Positions 29,974 through 39,525 of a stretch of 64,000 nucleotides of DNA are shown here, one piece after another (within the stretch, counting starts at the first letter, position 1; each line of letters begins with the position of its first letter). The DNA is from a virus. Lineage: Duplodnaviria; Caudoviricetes. The notes beneath the pieces were generated by a model. That model saw only the letters and a program-made list of their open reading frames with translations. It did no database searches and was not told where the DNA came from. Where the stretch lies: the IMG/VR virus record IMGVR_UViG_3300049009_000811, positions 1 through 64,000 of that record, one strand, 5' to 3'. A program made the translations under genes and the position numbers.

Positions 29974-31422
29974 ATGTCAATTTGCGAGAAGAAGAAGGTC
30001 AGATACAATGCCGTGGCGACTTACGTCCTCGAGTCAGACGCCAAGCTCAGCGAAGGGCAGATCGATATAATCAGATGGCGAATGCAGGACGCGCTTGACG
30101 AACTCCAATACCACTCTCGGCGGTATGGCGACGAATTCGACGTGAAAATCGTCAGCGAGAGCGCCGAGATCAGCGAAGCCCCAGACCAACCTAAGGAAAT
30201 CTTGCTGCTGATCAACGCGGACAACCTCACCGGAGACCTTTCCGGTATATGGGGCGACGCCAAGCACATCAAGGGCAACGTAACGAACATCATGAAGGGA
30301 GACGTGTCCGGGATCAAGGGCAACGTGTCCGGTCTCAGGGGCGACGTGTCCGGGATCAGGGGCGACGTGTCCCGTCTCAAGGGCAACGTCTCGAATATCA
30401 GCGGCGACATTTCCGATGGTATCATTTCCGATATCTATGGCGACGTTTCCTGGATCAGTGGTGACGTGTCCAACATCTATGGCGACGCGTGCAACATCAA
30501 GGGCTGCGTCACGCACATCATTGGCATCGTGTCCTCGCTTGATGGAGACGTGTCAGGTATCAGTGGCGTCGTGAGCGGGCGGCTCAGGGGCGACATGACC
30601 GGTATCGAGGGCGACGTGACTGGGCTTGAGGGCGACGTCGAAGAACTGGTTCGCCAGGGCAAGCTAAAGCGTACAGTCAAGCCTGAACCAGAGAAGACCG
30701 AGAAGAAACTTTTAAACGCGGACAACCTCACCGGAGACCTTTCCGGTATATGGGGCGACGCCAAGTACATCGAGGGCAATGCTTCCAACATCAAGGGCGA
30801 CGTTTCCAAACTTTGCTCTTGGGATGAGAATCTCGCCCCGAACGCTGATAAACGCATCAAAATGTGTCTAGAAGATCGAGACAACGGACTCAAGAGAGAC
30901 GTGTCCGAGCTCAGCGGAGACGTGTCCAGGATCATCGGACTTTTTGCTACCAGCCTCACCGGCGACGTGTCCATGATCAGTGGATGTGCGTCCGATATCG
31001 ATGGCGACGCGACTGGACTCATCGGCGACGTCACGAAGCTCGGTGGCGACGTGTCCGAGATCAGGGGCGACGTGTCCGGGATCTATGGCTACATAGAAGG
31101 GATCGAGGGCGACGTGTCCGGAATCAAGGGCAACATAACGAACATCGGCGGCGACGTTTCCGGTCTCACCGGCGATGTTTCCGGTCTCTTCGGCGGTCGA
31201 TATGGGGACATGGCCGATATCGAGGGCGACGTGACCGGGCTTGAAGGCGACGTCGAAGAACTGGTTCGCCAGGGCAAGCTGAAGCGTAAAGGCAAGCTTG
31301 AACCCAAGCCTGAACCCGAGATCAAACCTGAACCGGAGAAGACCAATGAGTCTCGCCTGGTCGAGGTCCTCGACGAGATCAAGGCACGTCTCGACGAGAT
31401 CAAGACTTTGTTCGGCAAGTAG
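29974..31422 (+). CDS. GDV heptapeptide-repeat protein, paralogue 6 (N-terminal insert, two repeat domains)
   Basis: MSICEKKK, ~70 unrelated residues, then two capped repeat domains and the shared tail. Confidence 0.88.
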   Translation: MSICEKKKVRYNAVATYVLESDAKLSEGQIDIIRWRMQDALDELQYHSRRYGDEFDVKIVSESAEISEAPDQPKEILLLINADNLTGDLSGIWGDAKHIKGNVTNIMKGDVSGIKGNVSGLRGDVSGIRGDVSRLKGNVSNISGDISDGIISDIYGDVSWISGDVSNIYGDACNIKGCVTHIIGIVSSLDGDVSGISGVVSGRLRGDMTGIEGDVTGLEGDVEELVRQGKLKRTVKPEPEKTEKKLLNADNLTGDLSGIWGDAKYIEGNASNIKGDVSKLCSWDENLAPNADKRIKMCLEDRDNGLKRDVSELSGDVSRIIGLFATSLTGDVSMISGCASDIDGDATGLIGDVTKLGGDVSEIRGDVSGIYGYIEGIEGDVSGIKGNITNIGGDVSGLTGDVSGLFGGRYGDMADIEGDVTGLEGDVEELVRQGKLKRKGKLEPKPEPEIKPEPEKTNESRLVEVLDEIKARLDEIKTLFGK

Positions 31423-31519
31423 AAAACCAGGAACCCCGGGGCAACTCCCGGGGTTCCAGCCGTTCGCCAACGGTCCGGCACCCTACCACCGTAACCCAAA
31501 CCCCAAAGGAGAACCGAAG

Positions 31520-31696
31520 ATGAAGAAGAAGTTCATAGTGCGGCTGGACGAGACGATCCAGCGGTCATGCGTCGTCGAGGCTGCAAGCCGTGACGAGGCG
31601 GAAGCCAAAGGATATGATATACTGATGAACGGCGGGGAGTGCGACTCCGAGAGCCTCGGGTCGGAGAACCTTACAGTGACAGAAAAGGAGAGCTAA
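31520..31696 (+). CDS. small hypothetical protein
   Basis: Motif A and SD; VEAASRDEAE. Confidence 0.7.
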   Translation: MKKKFIVRLDETIQRSCVVEAASRDEAEAKGYDILMNGGECDSESLGSENLTVTEKES

Positions 31697-31697
31697 C

Positions 31698-31964
31698 ATG
31701 ACACATGAGGAATGGGAAGAAGAGTACGTGCCAGTGAAGAACCACCTCGACGACAACGCTTCGTTCGACGGCTGCATGTTCGAGACCTACGACGAGGAAT
31801 TCGTCCACGTCCTCCGCAACGCCGACGACAAGAAAGTCTGGACCTACGTCGAGGGAGACGAGGGACTGTACCTCATCCCCGGTCTGCACTTCGTCAACCG
31901 GCTGGGCTACCTCATCACCGAGAAACCTTACACCGACGAGACCATCGAGGTCAAGCTGGACTAG
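31698..31964 (+). CDS. conserved phage hypothetical protein
   Basis: MFETY.EE, VWTYVEGD, G.HFVNRLGYLITEKP. Confidence 0.8.
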   Translation: MTHEEWEEEYVPVKNHLDDNASFDGCMFETYDEEFVHVLRNADDKKVWTYVEGDEGLYLIPGLHFVNRLGYLITEKPYTDETIEVKLD

Positions 31965-32034
31965 CAGGTTTGGTTTACGACAAATGGTTTTACCTTATGT
32001 TTGTGATCGGTAACTTTAACAAGGAGAATGAAAG

Positions 32035-32367
32035 ATGAAGATTTATGTTAAGAACAAAAGTGGCAAAGTGATTTTCACATCAGATAGTGCTAAGGGTTGG
32101 GTTGATGTTGATTTGAAGGGTGCGAATCTTGAGGGTGCTTATCTTCCTCATGTAAAACTTGCTGGTGCTAATGTGAATCTATCTGGTGCTAGGTTGGTTG
32201 GTGCTGATCTTAGGGGTGCTGATCTAACTGGTGTTTGGTTGCTTGCTGCGAATCTTGAGGGTGCGAATCTTGAGGGTGCGAATCTTGAGGGTGCGAATCT
32301 GAAGGGTGCGAATCTGAATGATGCGAATCTTGAGGGTATCAAAGTTGACAAAAAGACTCGATTCTAA
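32035..32367 (+). CDS. pentapeptide-repeat protein
   Basis: A(N/D)LxG repeats (GANLE); AT-rich; AAGGAG SD. Confidence 0.88.
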   Translation: MKIYVKNKSGKVIFTSDSAKGWVDVDLKGANLEGAYLPHVKLAGANVNLSGARLVGADLRGADLTGVWLLAANLEGANLEGANLEGANLKGANLNDANLEGIKVDKKTRF

Positions 32368-32371
32368 TCAG

Positions 32372-32443
32372 TACCTCCAAGGAGAATCGAACTCCTGTTT
32401 TAGCTGTGAGAAAGCTATGTCCTAACCGCTAGACGATGGAGGC
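32372..32443 (-). tRNA. tRNA-Glu (CTC)
   Basis: Reverse complement: acceptor GCCTCCA/TGGAGGT+A, anticodon arm TAGCT-TTCTCAC-AGCTA, T-arm AGGAG-TTCGATT-CTCCT. Confidence 0.9.
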
Positions 32444-32490
32444 GCGGACGGATTGTAACCGACGCGCCAGAGTAAATCAAGGAGAAAACC

Positions 32491-32817
32491 ATGATCAACG
32501 AAGACCTGTACCTGGACTTCCCCCCGGTACGACCGGTCCCGGAAGGCAATAAGACCTGCCCAGCCTGCGAAGGTCACGGCGGGTACAACGTGAGGCTGAA
32601 CGCCTACCCTCTGCACCGGTACGAGAACACCAGGGAGAACCGGCACCTGCACGCCCACTTCAGGCACGGGTGCGTCAACTGCAACGGCTTGGGCTACGTC
32701 CCCGAGGACCAGGATTGCGTCCACCAGTGGGGCGAGAGGCGTACCGTCGGCATGTCGCAGCACAGGTACTCCTGCGTCAACTGCGGAAGCCAGTGGACCG
32801 TCGACAGCGGCGACTGA
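32491..32817 (+). CDS. zinc-finger protein (DnaJ-type CxxCxGxG)
   Basis: CPACEGHG, CVNCNGLG, CVHQW, CVNCG. Confidence 0.75.
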   Translation: MINEDLYLDFPPVRPVPEGNKTCPACEGHGGYNVRLNAYPLHRYENTRENRHLHAHFRHGCVNCNGLGYVPEDQDCVHQWGERRTVGMSQHRYSCVNCGSQWTVDSGD

Positions 32818-32877
32818 GCCGTTCCCCGTCTGCCCGGAACCCTACAGACGTAACCGAAACCCAACAAGGAGAACCAG

Positions 32878-33255
32878 ATGCCTTTCAGAACGTCTGACAA
32901 AGTAGTGAAGGAGGACTTCTTCCTCCAGTTTGTGTACCAAAAGCCTTATAGCTTCGACGCGCCATCACACATACTCGCCAACAGTATCGCCAACGCCCTG
33001 ATGGATCGCGGACTATCCAGGGAAGCCGCCCAAAGTTTCATCTACAGCAAACTGTATCGTTGGGCATTTGATTTTGGCGGTCTTACAGAATCTATCGAAA
33101 AGGCAGGAAAAGATTTTGTCGGGAGTCTGTCGGAAGAGGATATCGAAGCCGATACCCTCAATGAGTATGGTGGCGAATTCAAAAAAGTTCCTGACGATTA
33201 CGAGTTCAGAAAACAAACCCAACAAGGAGATAGAGATGCCTTTCAGAACGTCTGA
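32878..33255 (+). CDS. hypothetical protein
   Basis: Motif A and SD; 3' end runs into a duplicated leader. Confidence 0.7.
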   Translation: MPFRTSDKVVKEDFFLQFVYQKPYSFDAPSHILANSIANALMDRGLSREAAQSFIYSKLYRWAFDFGGLTESIEKAGKDFVGSLSEEDIEADTLNEYGGEFKKVPDDYEFRKQTQQGDRDAFQNV

Positions 33256-33439
33256 CAAAGTAGTGAAGATTGACATATTCGTTTTAAGGGATGGATCTTT
33301 CAAATATTACTGTTCGACTGATTCTTCGAAAACTTGCAAGGAAGCAAAACAAAAGTTTTTGCAAAGCCACTCTGGTTTTAAAAATGATGAAGTTAAGGTT
33401 TCCAAGGTTAAGGCAAGAGAAGAAAGAGAAGGTGCGTAA
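33236..33439 (+). CDS. hypothetical protein (first 11 codons identical to 32878)
   Basis: MPFRTSDKVVK shared; Y.CST..SKTCKEAK. Confidence 0.7.
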   Translation: MPFRTSDKVVKIDIFVLRDGSFKYYCSTDSSKTCKEAKQKFLQSHSGFKNDEVKVSKVKAREEREGA

Positions 33440-33696
33440 TGTTGAAAGTAAAAGTAGAAGATTTAAAAGAAGGCGATCTTGTCGATTTAGAAAGCTGCCC
33501 CTACATGAAAGATTATCAATGGGCTAAGTGGGATATGGCTATAGTTTCCAGTGTAACAAAAGAATTTGTTGCTCGTTTTAATGAAAATCGTGTGGTAGTA
33601 AGTTATCGAGATATAGTCTGCCATATAGATACTGTTGATTATCCACTCGGAACTGTTCTGGAAGCCGTTCCCCGGCTACCCGGAACCCAACAATAG
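33439..33696 (+). CDS. hypothetical protein (reads through motif A)
   Basis: VEDLKEGDLVDLE; last codons encoded by motif A at 33664. Confidence 0.65.
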   Translation: MLKVKVEDLKEGDLVDLESCPYMKDYQWAKWDMAIVSSVTKEFVARFNENRVVVSYRDIVCHIDTVDYPLGTVLEAVPRLPGTQQ

Positions 33697-33728
33697 ACGT
33701 GACTGATAACTTTAACAAGGAGAATGAT

Positions 33729-33953
33729 ATGAGCGATAAGAAAGTTTTGGACTTGACTGAGAAGTTTGATGGATTGCTGAATGAGGCGCAAGAGATCAAG
33801 GCTTCTTCCGAAGAATTGACAAGCCACCTTGATTGCGCCGGGACCTGCGAGACCGCGGAAGACTTTTTCGCTAACGTGAAAGACGCGCTTCTCGTGGCGA
33901 ACGAAATCGTAAAGGAACTGAAAAAAACACTGAAGAAAAACAAGGGAGTGTAA
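33729..33953 (+). CDS. hypothetical helical protein
   Basis: AAGGAG SD. Confidence 0.7.
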   Translation: MSDKKVLDLTEKFDGLLNEAQEIKASSEELTSHLDCAGTCETAEDFFANVKDALLVANEIVKELKKTLKKNKGV

Positions 33954-33957
33954 AGAC

Positions 33958-34671
33958 ATGGAAAAGGCTAGACTGACGAACAGCATCCTCGGCTGGAGGC
34001 TGATACCGCTCACCGAAGGTGCTATACCGATCCTGTCGGAACTGTACGGCTCCGACTACGACAAGATGAGCAACAAGGAGAAATCCGTCGGCGAGGGCAG
34101 GGACTGCAAGGATATCCTGGAGAACATCAGGAACGTGGCGCGCGACCTCGGCATCAGGGTGTCGGCGTGCGGCAACCGGCTCGCCCCGACCCTCCGCCTG
34201 TGGGAGGCGAAGAAGGCACAGAAGCCGGAGACCATCTCCGTCGAATTCAGGTGGTCGTGCTGGAGCGAGGACTGGACCGACTGGGGCGAGCACCTCGAGA
34301 CGATGCGCAAGGCGTTCTCCGGGGAACGAAACCCGGTCGAAGTGCGATCCAACCCGCGGTCCGCTTCGTACGCGCACGGGGGAACGGTCACGATAAGCAA
34401 GGGTCGCGCCGAAGGCATGTTCTACTCCACGTGGGACGACGACGAGGCGCTCGCCTCGACGCTCGGCATCGAATGCGACGAGGGGTTCAGCGAGATGGTC
34501 CCCTACATCCACGCGGCGGAATCCAACGGCACAGTCCGGGAGTTCTCCGCCAAAGCCAGGACGTTCGAAACCCTCATGCGCAAGATAAAGAAAGCCGAGA
34601 TGTCCATGATCGAGGACGACGAGGAAGCCTGGGACCAGATAAGGGCGTGCTTCACCGGGAGCGACAAATGA
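33958..34671 (+). CDS. hypothetical protein
   Basis: GGGAG SD, 237 aa. Confidence 0.7.
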   Translation: MEKARLTNSILGWRLIPLTEGAIPILSELYGSDYDKMSNKEKSVGEGRDCKDILENIRNVARDLGIRVSACGNRLAPTLRLWEAKKAQKPETISVEFRWSCWSEDWTDWGEHLETMRKAFSGERNPVEVRSNPRSASYAHGGTVTISKGRAEGMFYSTWDDDEALASTLGIECDEGFSEMVPYIHAAESNGTVREFSAKARTFETLMRKIKKAEMSMIEDDEEAWDQIRACFTGSDK

Positions 34672-34838
34672 TCGACGAGAACGAGATACGCAAGCTGGAG
34701 AGGTGGAGCAGGGAGGAACTGTCCCTGCTCGTCTCGAGGACCGCGGAAAGGGAACTCCAGAGGCTCCGCGAGGAGAACCTGGCGCTGAGGGAAGAACTGG
34801 ACAGGCTGAAGAACCAAACAGACAAGGGAGGCGCGTGA
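34668..34838 (+). CDS. small coiled-coil protein
   Basis: ATGA overlap; ELQRLREENLALREELDRLK. Confidence 0.55.
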   Translation: MIDENEIRKLERWSREELSLLVSRTAERELQRLREENLALREELDRLKNQTDKGGA

Positions 34839-34962
34839 TGCTGCAGGACATCGTTTTCGGATTCTGCGTGGTATACCTGGCTGTCGTTTTGCCGGTCACG
34901 TTCTGCGTCGCCGTCGTCTCGGTGATCGTGAGCATTTTCATTTTGTAGGAAACGAGTAACAT

Positions 34963-35514
34963 ATGCCGAACTGGTGCATGAACATGGTGACCGTGTCACA
35001 CCCCAACCCGAAGAAGCTGCAGCTCCTGGTCGACGCGTACAACGCCGACAGGATGCTCGACATAATGGTGCCCGAGCCGGAATACGCGCGGGACGTCACC
35101 GGGGAAACCCGATCCGACATCCTCGACGTCCAAGACCTGGCTGCGCTGGGCGACGCGCAGATGGAACTCGAGAAGTCCAGGTACGCCTGGCGTCTCGGGA
35201 ACTGGGGATGCAAGTGGGACGTGAGGAGGTCTCACGGCGAGCCGGAAGCTTCGGTCAAGGAAGGATCGGCGACCATGCGGTTCCACAGCCCGTGGCAGCC
35301 TCCCCTGCGCGCCTACGAGATACTGCGCGACGAGGGGTTCACGGTCCAAGCCTACTACTTCGAGCCGATGATCGGGTTCTGCGGGTACGCCGACGAGAAG
35401 CAGCAGCAGCACGTGGACATAATCAAGCCGACACGTGAATGGATAGGCGCGAACGTGCCGGCTCACGTTGACGAAGCCATGGGCGTGAGCCAGACATACG
35501 TGAACCACCCGTAG
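34963..35514 (+). CDS. DUF1281/YubB-like protein
   Basis: MPNWC.N, WRLGNWGCKWDV, F.SPWQPP, YYFEP.IGFCG. Confidence 0.75.
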   Translation: MPNWCMNMVTVSHPNPKKLQLLVDAYNADRMLDIMVPEPEYARDVTGETRSDILDVQDLAALGDAQMELEKSRYAWRLGNWGCKWDVRRSHGEPEASVKEGSATMRFHSPWQPPLRAYEILRDEGFTVQAYYFEPMIGFCGYADEKQQQHVDIIKPTREWIGANVPAHVDEAMGVSQTYVNHP

Positions 35515-35518
35515 CAGC

Positions 35519-35679
35519 CTGTGAAGCGGACCTGTGAATCGGACTTGTGAAGGTATCCTGTGAAGGCAGCCCCGCGACGGCGAGACCACGTGAAGGCAAG
35601 GGAAACGTGAAGGTGGAAGCATCGCCGCGCGTGACCGGGGCGGAACTGTGAAGCCTCCGATCCCGAGTTGTGAAGCTTG
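35519..35679 (+). repeat. cluster of YGTGAA(G) heptamers in convergent intergenic gap
   Basis: About 8 copies in 160 bp; similar clusters at 45899-45940 and 46180-46242. Confidence 0.7.
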
Positions 35680-35745
35680 TCCGGAGGTCAGTACACCGGT
35701 CACATCCAATAAAAAAAGACCAGGGAATCTCCCTGGTCCTCTCGC

Positions 35746-36273
35746 TTACTTCTCCTGTCCCGTCGCCTTGGCGATAAGGGCGCGAAGCTCGTCCCACAAC
35801 GGCTCGTCCTCGTCCCATCGGTTGGGAAGGTCCTCGAGCCTGTGAAGCATCTCCAGCATTTCGGGCGCAGCCGCTATCAGCCTGGCGTCCGCGACGCTCG
35901 ACTCCGTGTAGTAGCACCTTTCTTCCCTCTTGCCCTTCGGCACCTTCCACTCGTGACCAGCGATGAGGCAGATCCTGATCGGATACTTGTGATGGTTTTC
36001 GTCCTGGGTGAGATACAGATGTTCCGCCCTGTCGCCGACGGCGAAACCTTCGGCTTTCCAGGGTCCGGGCGTGTGAGCCATTTTTTCGCTCCTCGTGTGG
36101 TACAGGTATTCTTCTTCGTCGCATTCGACCGCGTTTATCAACTCGCCATTCGGATAGGCTTCCATAGCCTGTTCGTCCGCCTGGTCCATGTCATCCGCCA
36201 TGCAATAAAAAAACAACGTAAGTTTCGTGTCGCCTTTGTCCTCGCGCAACGACACTTTGAATGGTCTCATCAT
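35746..36273 (-). CDS. apparent in-frame fusion of a small protein with an HTPGPW/AAPELL-family protein
   Basis: Internal GAGGAG SD and ATG at 36081 (MAHTPGPW...ARLIAAAPEML...LIAKATG). Confidence 0.7.
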   Translation of the reverse strand: MMRPFKVSLREDKGDTKLTLFFYCMADDMDQADEQAMEAYPNGELINAVECDEEEYLYHTRSEKMAHTPGPWKAEGFAVGDRAEHLYLTQDENHHKYPIRICLIAGHEWKVPKGKREERCYYTESSVADARLIAAAPEMLEMLHRLEDLPNRWDEDEPLWDELRALIAKATGQEK

Positions 36274-36319
36274 TTTCTTTTCTCCTTTGACAATAGGGTT
36301 CCGCGTGAAGCCCGAACGG

Positions 36320-36718
36320 CTAGACCGGGATACTTATCTTGAAGTAATCCCAGGTCTTGCTGGATACATGCTCGACCTTGCCCCCGATGGACTCGACCGA
36401 TCTCGTGACCGACGACACGCCGGATCCAGAAGGGAAGAAAGCCTTCCGCACCTTCGTGACGACCCGAGCCTTGCCGCGACCCGACTTGACCTCGTCGTCG
36501 AAGAAGCCGATGCCCTTGGCTGTAGCCTCGTTCTTCAGCGCCGCTTCCTGCACCTGCGGGATCTGGTCCAGGCACTCCGCCAGAACCGTGGAAAGCTTGC
36601 AATAGCCGCAGCCCGAGGCTTTGGCGGTCGCAGCCCCACCTGGATGGTAGGCTACTGCGTGGGGGTTCATCCCCCAGGTCTTCGATTTCTTCCATTCAAC
36701 CTTCACTTCAATTTCCAT
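36320..36718 (-). CDS. conserved phage hypothetical protein
   Basis: VEWKKSKTWGMNPHA, ASGCGYCKLSTVLA. Confidence 0.75.
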   Translation of the reverse strand: MEIEVKVEWKKSKTWGMNPHAVAYHPGGAATAKASGCGYCKLSTVLAECLDQIPQVQEAALKNEATAKGIGFFDDEVKSGRGKARVVTKVRKAFFPSGSGVSSVTRSVESIGGKVEHVSSKTWDYFKISIPV

Positions 36719-36828
36719 TTCAAGTCTCCTTGTTGTTTCGTTTCCACACGAAGGTGGGGTTCCAGGTAAAACACGAACGGCTTCAAAAGAAAAAGGGCGA
36801 CCGTGTGAAGGTCGCCCAGGTTTCCGGA

Positions 36829-37320
36829 CTACGCCGCATCCCCTGCGGTTTCTTCCTCGCTGTCGAACAAGCTAACGATGTTCGAGCTTTTTACCACGAA
36901 GCAAGGCTCGTTGCTAGGCTTCTGGTCCGATGGCGTGAGGAAGCTGTTGAAAACTTCCTTCGTCACCTCGTTGCCGTCCACGAAGTAAACGACCTTGGGC
37001 TTGTTGTTCGCCGCGGGGTAGAAGCGGAAATAAAAGGTTTCCTCTCCACCCTTGGGGGTGTGCTTGATCACATGGGGGAATACCACCCATGTCCCGAACG
37101 GAAGAGGACCAACATCACCACGCTCGCCGGCGGCGATTCCGTCCTTGACGGATTTGAGGTTTTCAAACGCCTTGCCGGCGGTGAAGACCCCGGAGGTCAA
37201 TTTCTCCAGAAGCTTGCCCTTGAAGGCAGCCGCTGGTTTCTTGGTGGTGCGGAACTTCGCTTTCACGAATTGTCCCTTGACACCCAAAAACTTCATCACA
37301 TTCGGATCGTTCATTTCCAT
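36829..37320 (-). CDS. conserved phage hypothetical protein
   Basis: PLPFGTW..FP.VI.H, YFRFYP, YFVDG.EVTKE. Confidence 0.75.
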   Translation of the reverse strand: MEMNDPNVMKFLGVKGQFVKAKFRTTKKPAAAFKGKLLEKLTSGVFTAGKAFENLKSVKDGIAAGERGDVGPLPFGTWVVFPHVIKHTPKGGEETFYFRFYPAANNKPKVVYFVDGNEVTKEVFNSFLTPSDQKPSNEPCFVVKSSNIVSLFDSEEETAGDAA

Positions 37321-37593
37321 TTCTCAATCCCCTTTTTAAAGTTTCCCACCACACGATGATGGGGTTCCAGGTCTTTGGCGAACGGCTCGCCATTAGTCAT
37401 TCGTTTCAAGTCCAAAAAGATTTCTCTTTTTTTTCCTTATTTCGTTTCCCACAATTGTAGGGTGCCAGATCCGGCACGAACGGCTCGCCTGGTCCGGAGG
37501 TCAGTACACCACATTCCCCCAGGTCGGCCGTTCGCCGAAAACCTGGCACCCTACCATCGTGTGGTGGAAACAATAAAACAAGGAGACTGAGAC

Positions 37594-37770
37594 ATGAACG
37601 AAAACCAGATCATCATCGAAGAAGCCCTCAATGCAGCTTGCCTAGCCGTACAAGAACGGATAGGTGTGACGGACGGGGGCTGGGCATCACTGTTCTTCAC
37701 TGGCGAGAATCGCCAGAAATTCGAGGATCTGTTCTCGGCTTACATTCGATCCGAGAAGTCCTCGGACTAG
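37594..37770 (+). CDS. small hypothetical protein (58 aa)
   Basis: Motif A and AAGGAG SD; below ORF-track cutoff. Confidence 0.7.
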   Translation: MNENQIIIEEALNAACLAVQERIGVTDGGWASLFFTGENRQKFEDLFSAYIRSEKSSD

Positions 37771-37919
37771 GGATAAAGCCCCGAAATGGGGCTTTGACTT
37801 TTTACTGGAAACCGGTGTACTGACTTCCAGAGCCAGTAACCTGGACCAGGCGAGCCGTTCGCCCTGAACCTGGAACCCTATCATCGTGTGGCGGGAACAA
37901 TAAAACAAGGAGAATGGAA

Positions 37920-38075
37920 ATGGAAGAGATGAAGCCTAGCGTGGTGCTCATGTGGGTAGCGGCTGAGACTTCGGTCGCAGCCTGCATACTGATGGACGAT
38001 CAGGCATTCGCCAGCAAGCTAAGGAACGGGGCGCAGGTCCAAGAATTGGTAAGCTGGGTAAACGAAAACTACTAG
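37920..38075 (+). CDS. small hypothetical protein (51 aa)
   Basis: Motifs B and A, SD upstream. Confidence 0.65.
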   Translation: MEEMKPSVVLMWVAAETSVAACILMDDQAFASKLRNGAQVQELVSWVNENY

Positions 38076-38229
38076 GGGATATCCCGGGTTTAACGCCCGG
38101 GATTTCTCGATTCCAGGAAACCGGTGTACTGACCTCCGGAGCCAGTAACCTGGACCAGGCGAGCCGTTCGCCCTGAACCCGGAACCCTATCGTCGTGTGG
38201 TGGAAACGAAACAAACAAGGAGAATGAAG

Positions 38230-38541
38230 ATGAACAAGATCGACGAGATGCTGGAAGCGAAGATAAAGGAAGAATTGACACCGGTCGATATCGAGGAATA
38301 TTACGCGGCAGCACTCGACGACATTTACCCCGTCGTTGAGATAGGACATTCCAGATTCAGCCCGAGCAGTATCGTAAGGGAACTTTCCCCGACAGATTTC
38401 CGCTGCGGGATGAACGACTACATCGACGGCGACGACACGCTCGAGTACGTGGCTGACGAATGGTACAGAGCCGACGAAATCCAGAAGCTCCGCGAGGAGA
38501 TCGAGGAAGAGATCGAGGCTGCGGAAGCGGAAGAGGACTAG
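38230..38541 (+). CDS. acidic conserved phage protein
   Basis: LDDIYP.V.IG..FSPS.IVREL.PT.FRCGMNDY.D. Confidence 0.75.
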   Translation: MNKIDEMLEAKIKEELTPVDIEEYYAAALDDIYPVVEIGHSRFSPSSIVRELSPTDFRCGMNDYIDGDDTLEYVADEWYRADEIQKLREEIEEEIEAAEAEED

Positions 38542-38608
38542 CCGTTCGCCGTCAACTCGGCACCCTATGTTCGTGGCGGGAAACTTAACTTTAACAGGAG
38601 AATAAACC

Positions 38609-38806
38609 ATGTATGTAAAAGCAAAAACGACAGAGGAAAAATTGATCGATCTTGTTAAGGAGCTTGCTGGACATCTGGAAGATGTTTACATTCAACCTGA
38701 CTTTGATGAAAATCAGTATGGGCAAAAACTTTGCGATAGGGCAAATAAATTTGCCTATAAAGCTGATAAAAGAAGGAACGAAATCTACAAAAAAGCAGGA
38801 GTTTAA
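38609..38806 (+). CDS. small AT-rich hypothetical protein
   Basis: Motif A and SD. Confidence 0.7.
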   Translation: MYVKAKTTEEKLIDLVKELAGHLEDVYIQPDFDENQYGQKLCDRANKFAYKADKRRNEIYKKAGV

Positions 38807-38807
38807 C

Positions 38808-39059
38808 ATGACGGACACAATAAAATTGGCGAACCGGTTCAGGAAATTGCCGTTCGCCAGCATATGCGAGCAGATCGAGCCGCTGGCGAAGGAGATCGAG
38901 GCGTCGAAATTCGCGAACGCGATGGAGATCCTCCGTCAGGAGATAGAGGTCCACCAAGACTGCGACAACTGGATAAAGGCGGACGTGCTTTCAAAAGCAC
39001 TACGTGAAATCAGAACAGTCAGAGACAGGGCGCTTGCAGCCTTGGCACGTAACCCATAG
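38808..39059 (+). CDS. hypothetical protein
   Basis: AGGAG SD. Confidence 0.6.
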   Translation: MTDTIKLANRFRKLPFASICEQIEPLAKEIEASKFANAMEILRQEIEVHQDCDNWIKADVLSKALREIRTVRDRALAALARNP

Positions 39060-39089
39060 GCATGGAAACAAACAAACAAGGAGACTGAG

Positions 39090-39278
39090 ATGAAGAAATT
39101 CACGGTAAAGGTTTGCAGGATCTCATACGGGTTCAACGACATCGAGGTGGACGCGGAAACGCCGGAGCAAGCCGAAGAGCTTGCCCTCGAGAACGCTGGC
39201 GACTACCTATTCAGCGAAAAAAGCAGCGAATATACGACCGATGGCGCAACCGAGAAGGAGCATATAAATGGAAGATGA
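39090..39278 (+). CDS. small hypothetical protein
   Basis: AAGGAG SD; IEVDAETPEQAEELA. Confidence 0.7.
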   Translation: MKKFTVKVCRISYGFNDIEVDAETPEQAEELALENAGDYLFSEKSSEYTTDGATEKEHINGR

Positions 39279-39525
39279 TTATTTCCGCGTTCCGACCTGG
39301 ACGGAAGTCTGCAGGGAGTACGCGGCGAACGTAGGAGGGGATCGACCCGAGCAGGCTTGGATCCTCACCCCATGGGACACCTGGGAACGCAACCCAGCCT
39401 ATTCCGGCGTGTTCGCGGACGCCCCGCACCCGTTCATCTCGGTGGAAGACTTCTACGACGACGACGGAGGCGCGCAGGCTCCGGCACCGGAGAAGCCGAC
39501 TGAACCGGACGACTGTCCGTTCTAG
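39268..39525 (+). CDS. conserved phage hypothetical protein
   Basis: G.DRPEQAWILTPWDTWERNP.YSG. Confidence 0.75.
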   Translation: MEDDYFRVPTWTEVCREYAANVGGDRPEQAWILTPWDTWERNPAYSGVFADAPHPFISVEDFYDDDGGAQAPAPEKPTEPDDCPF

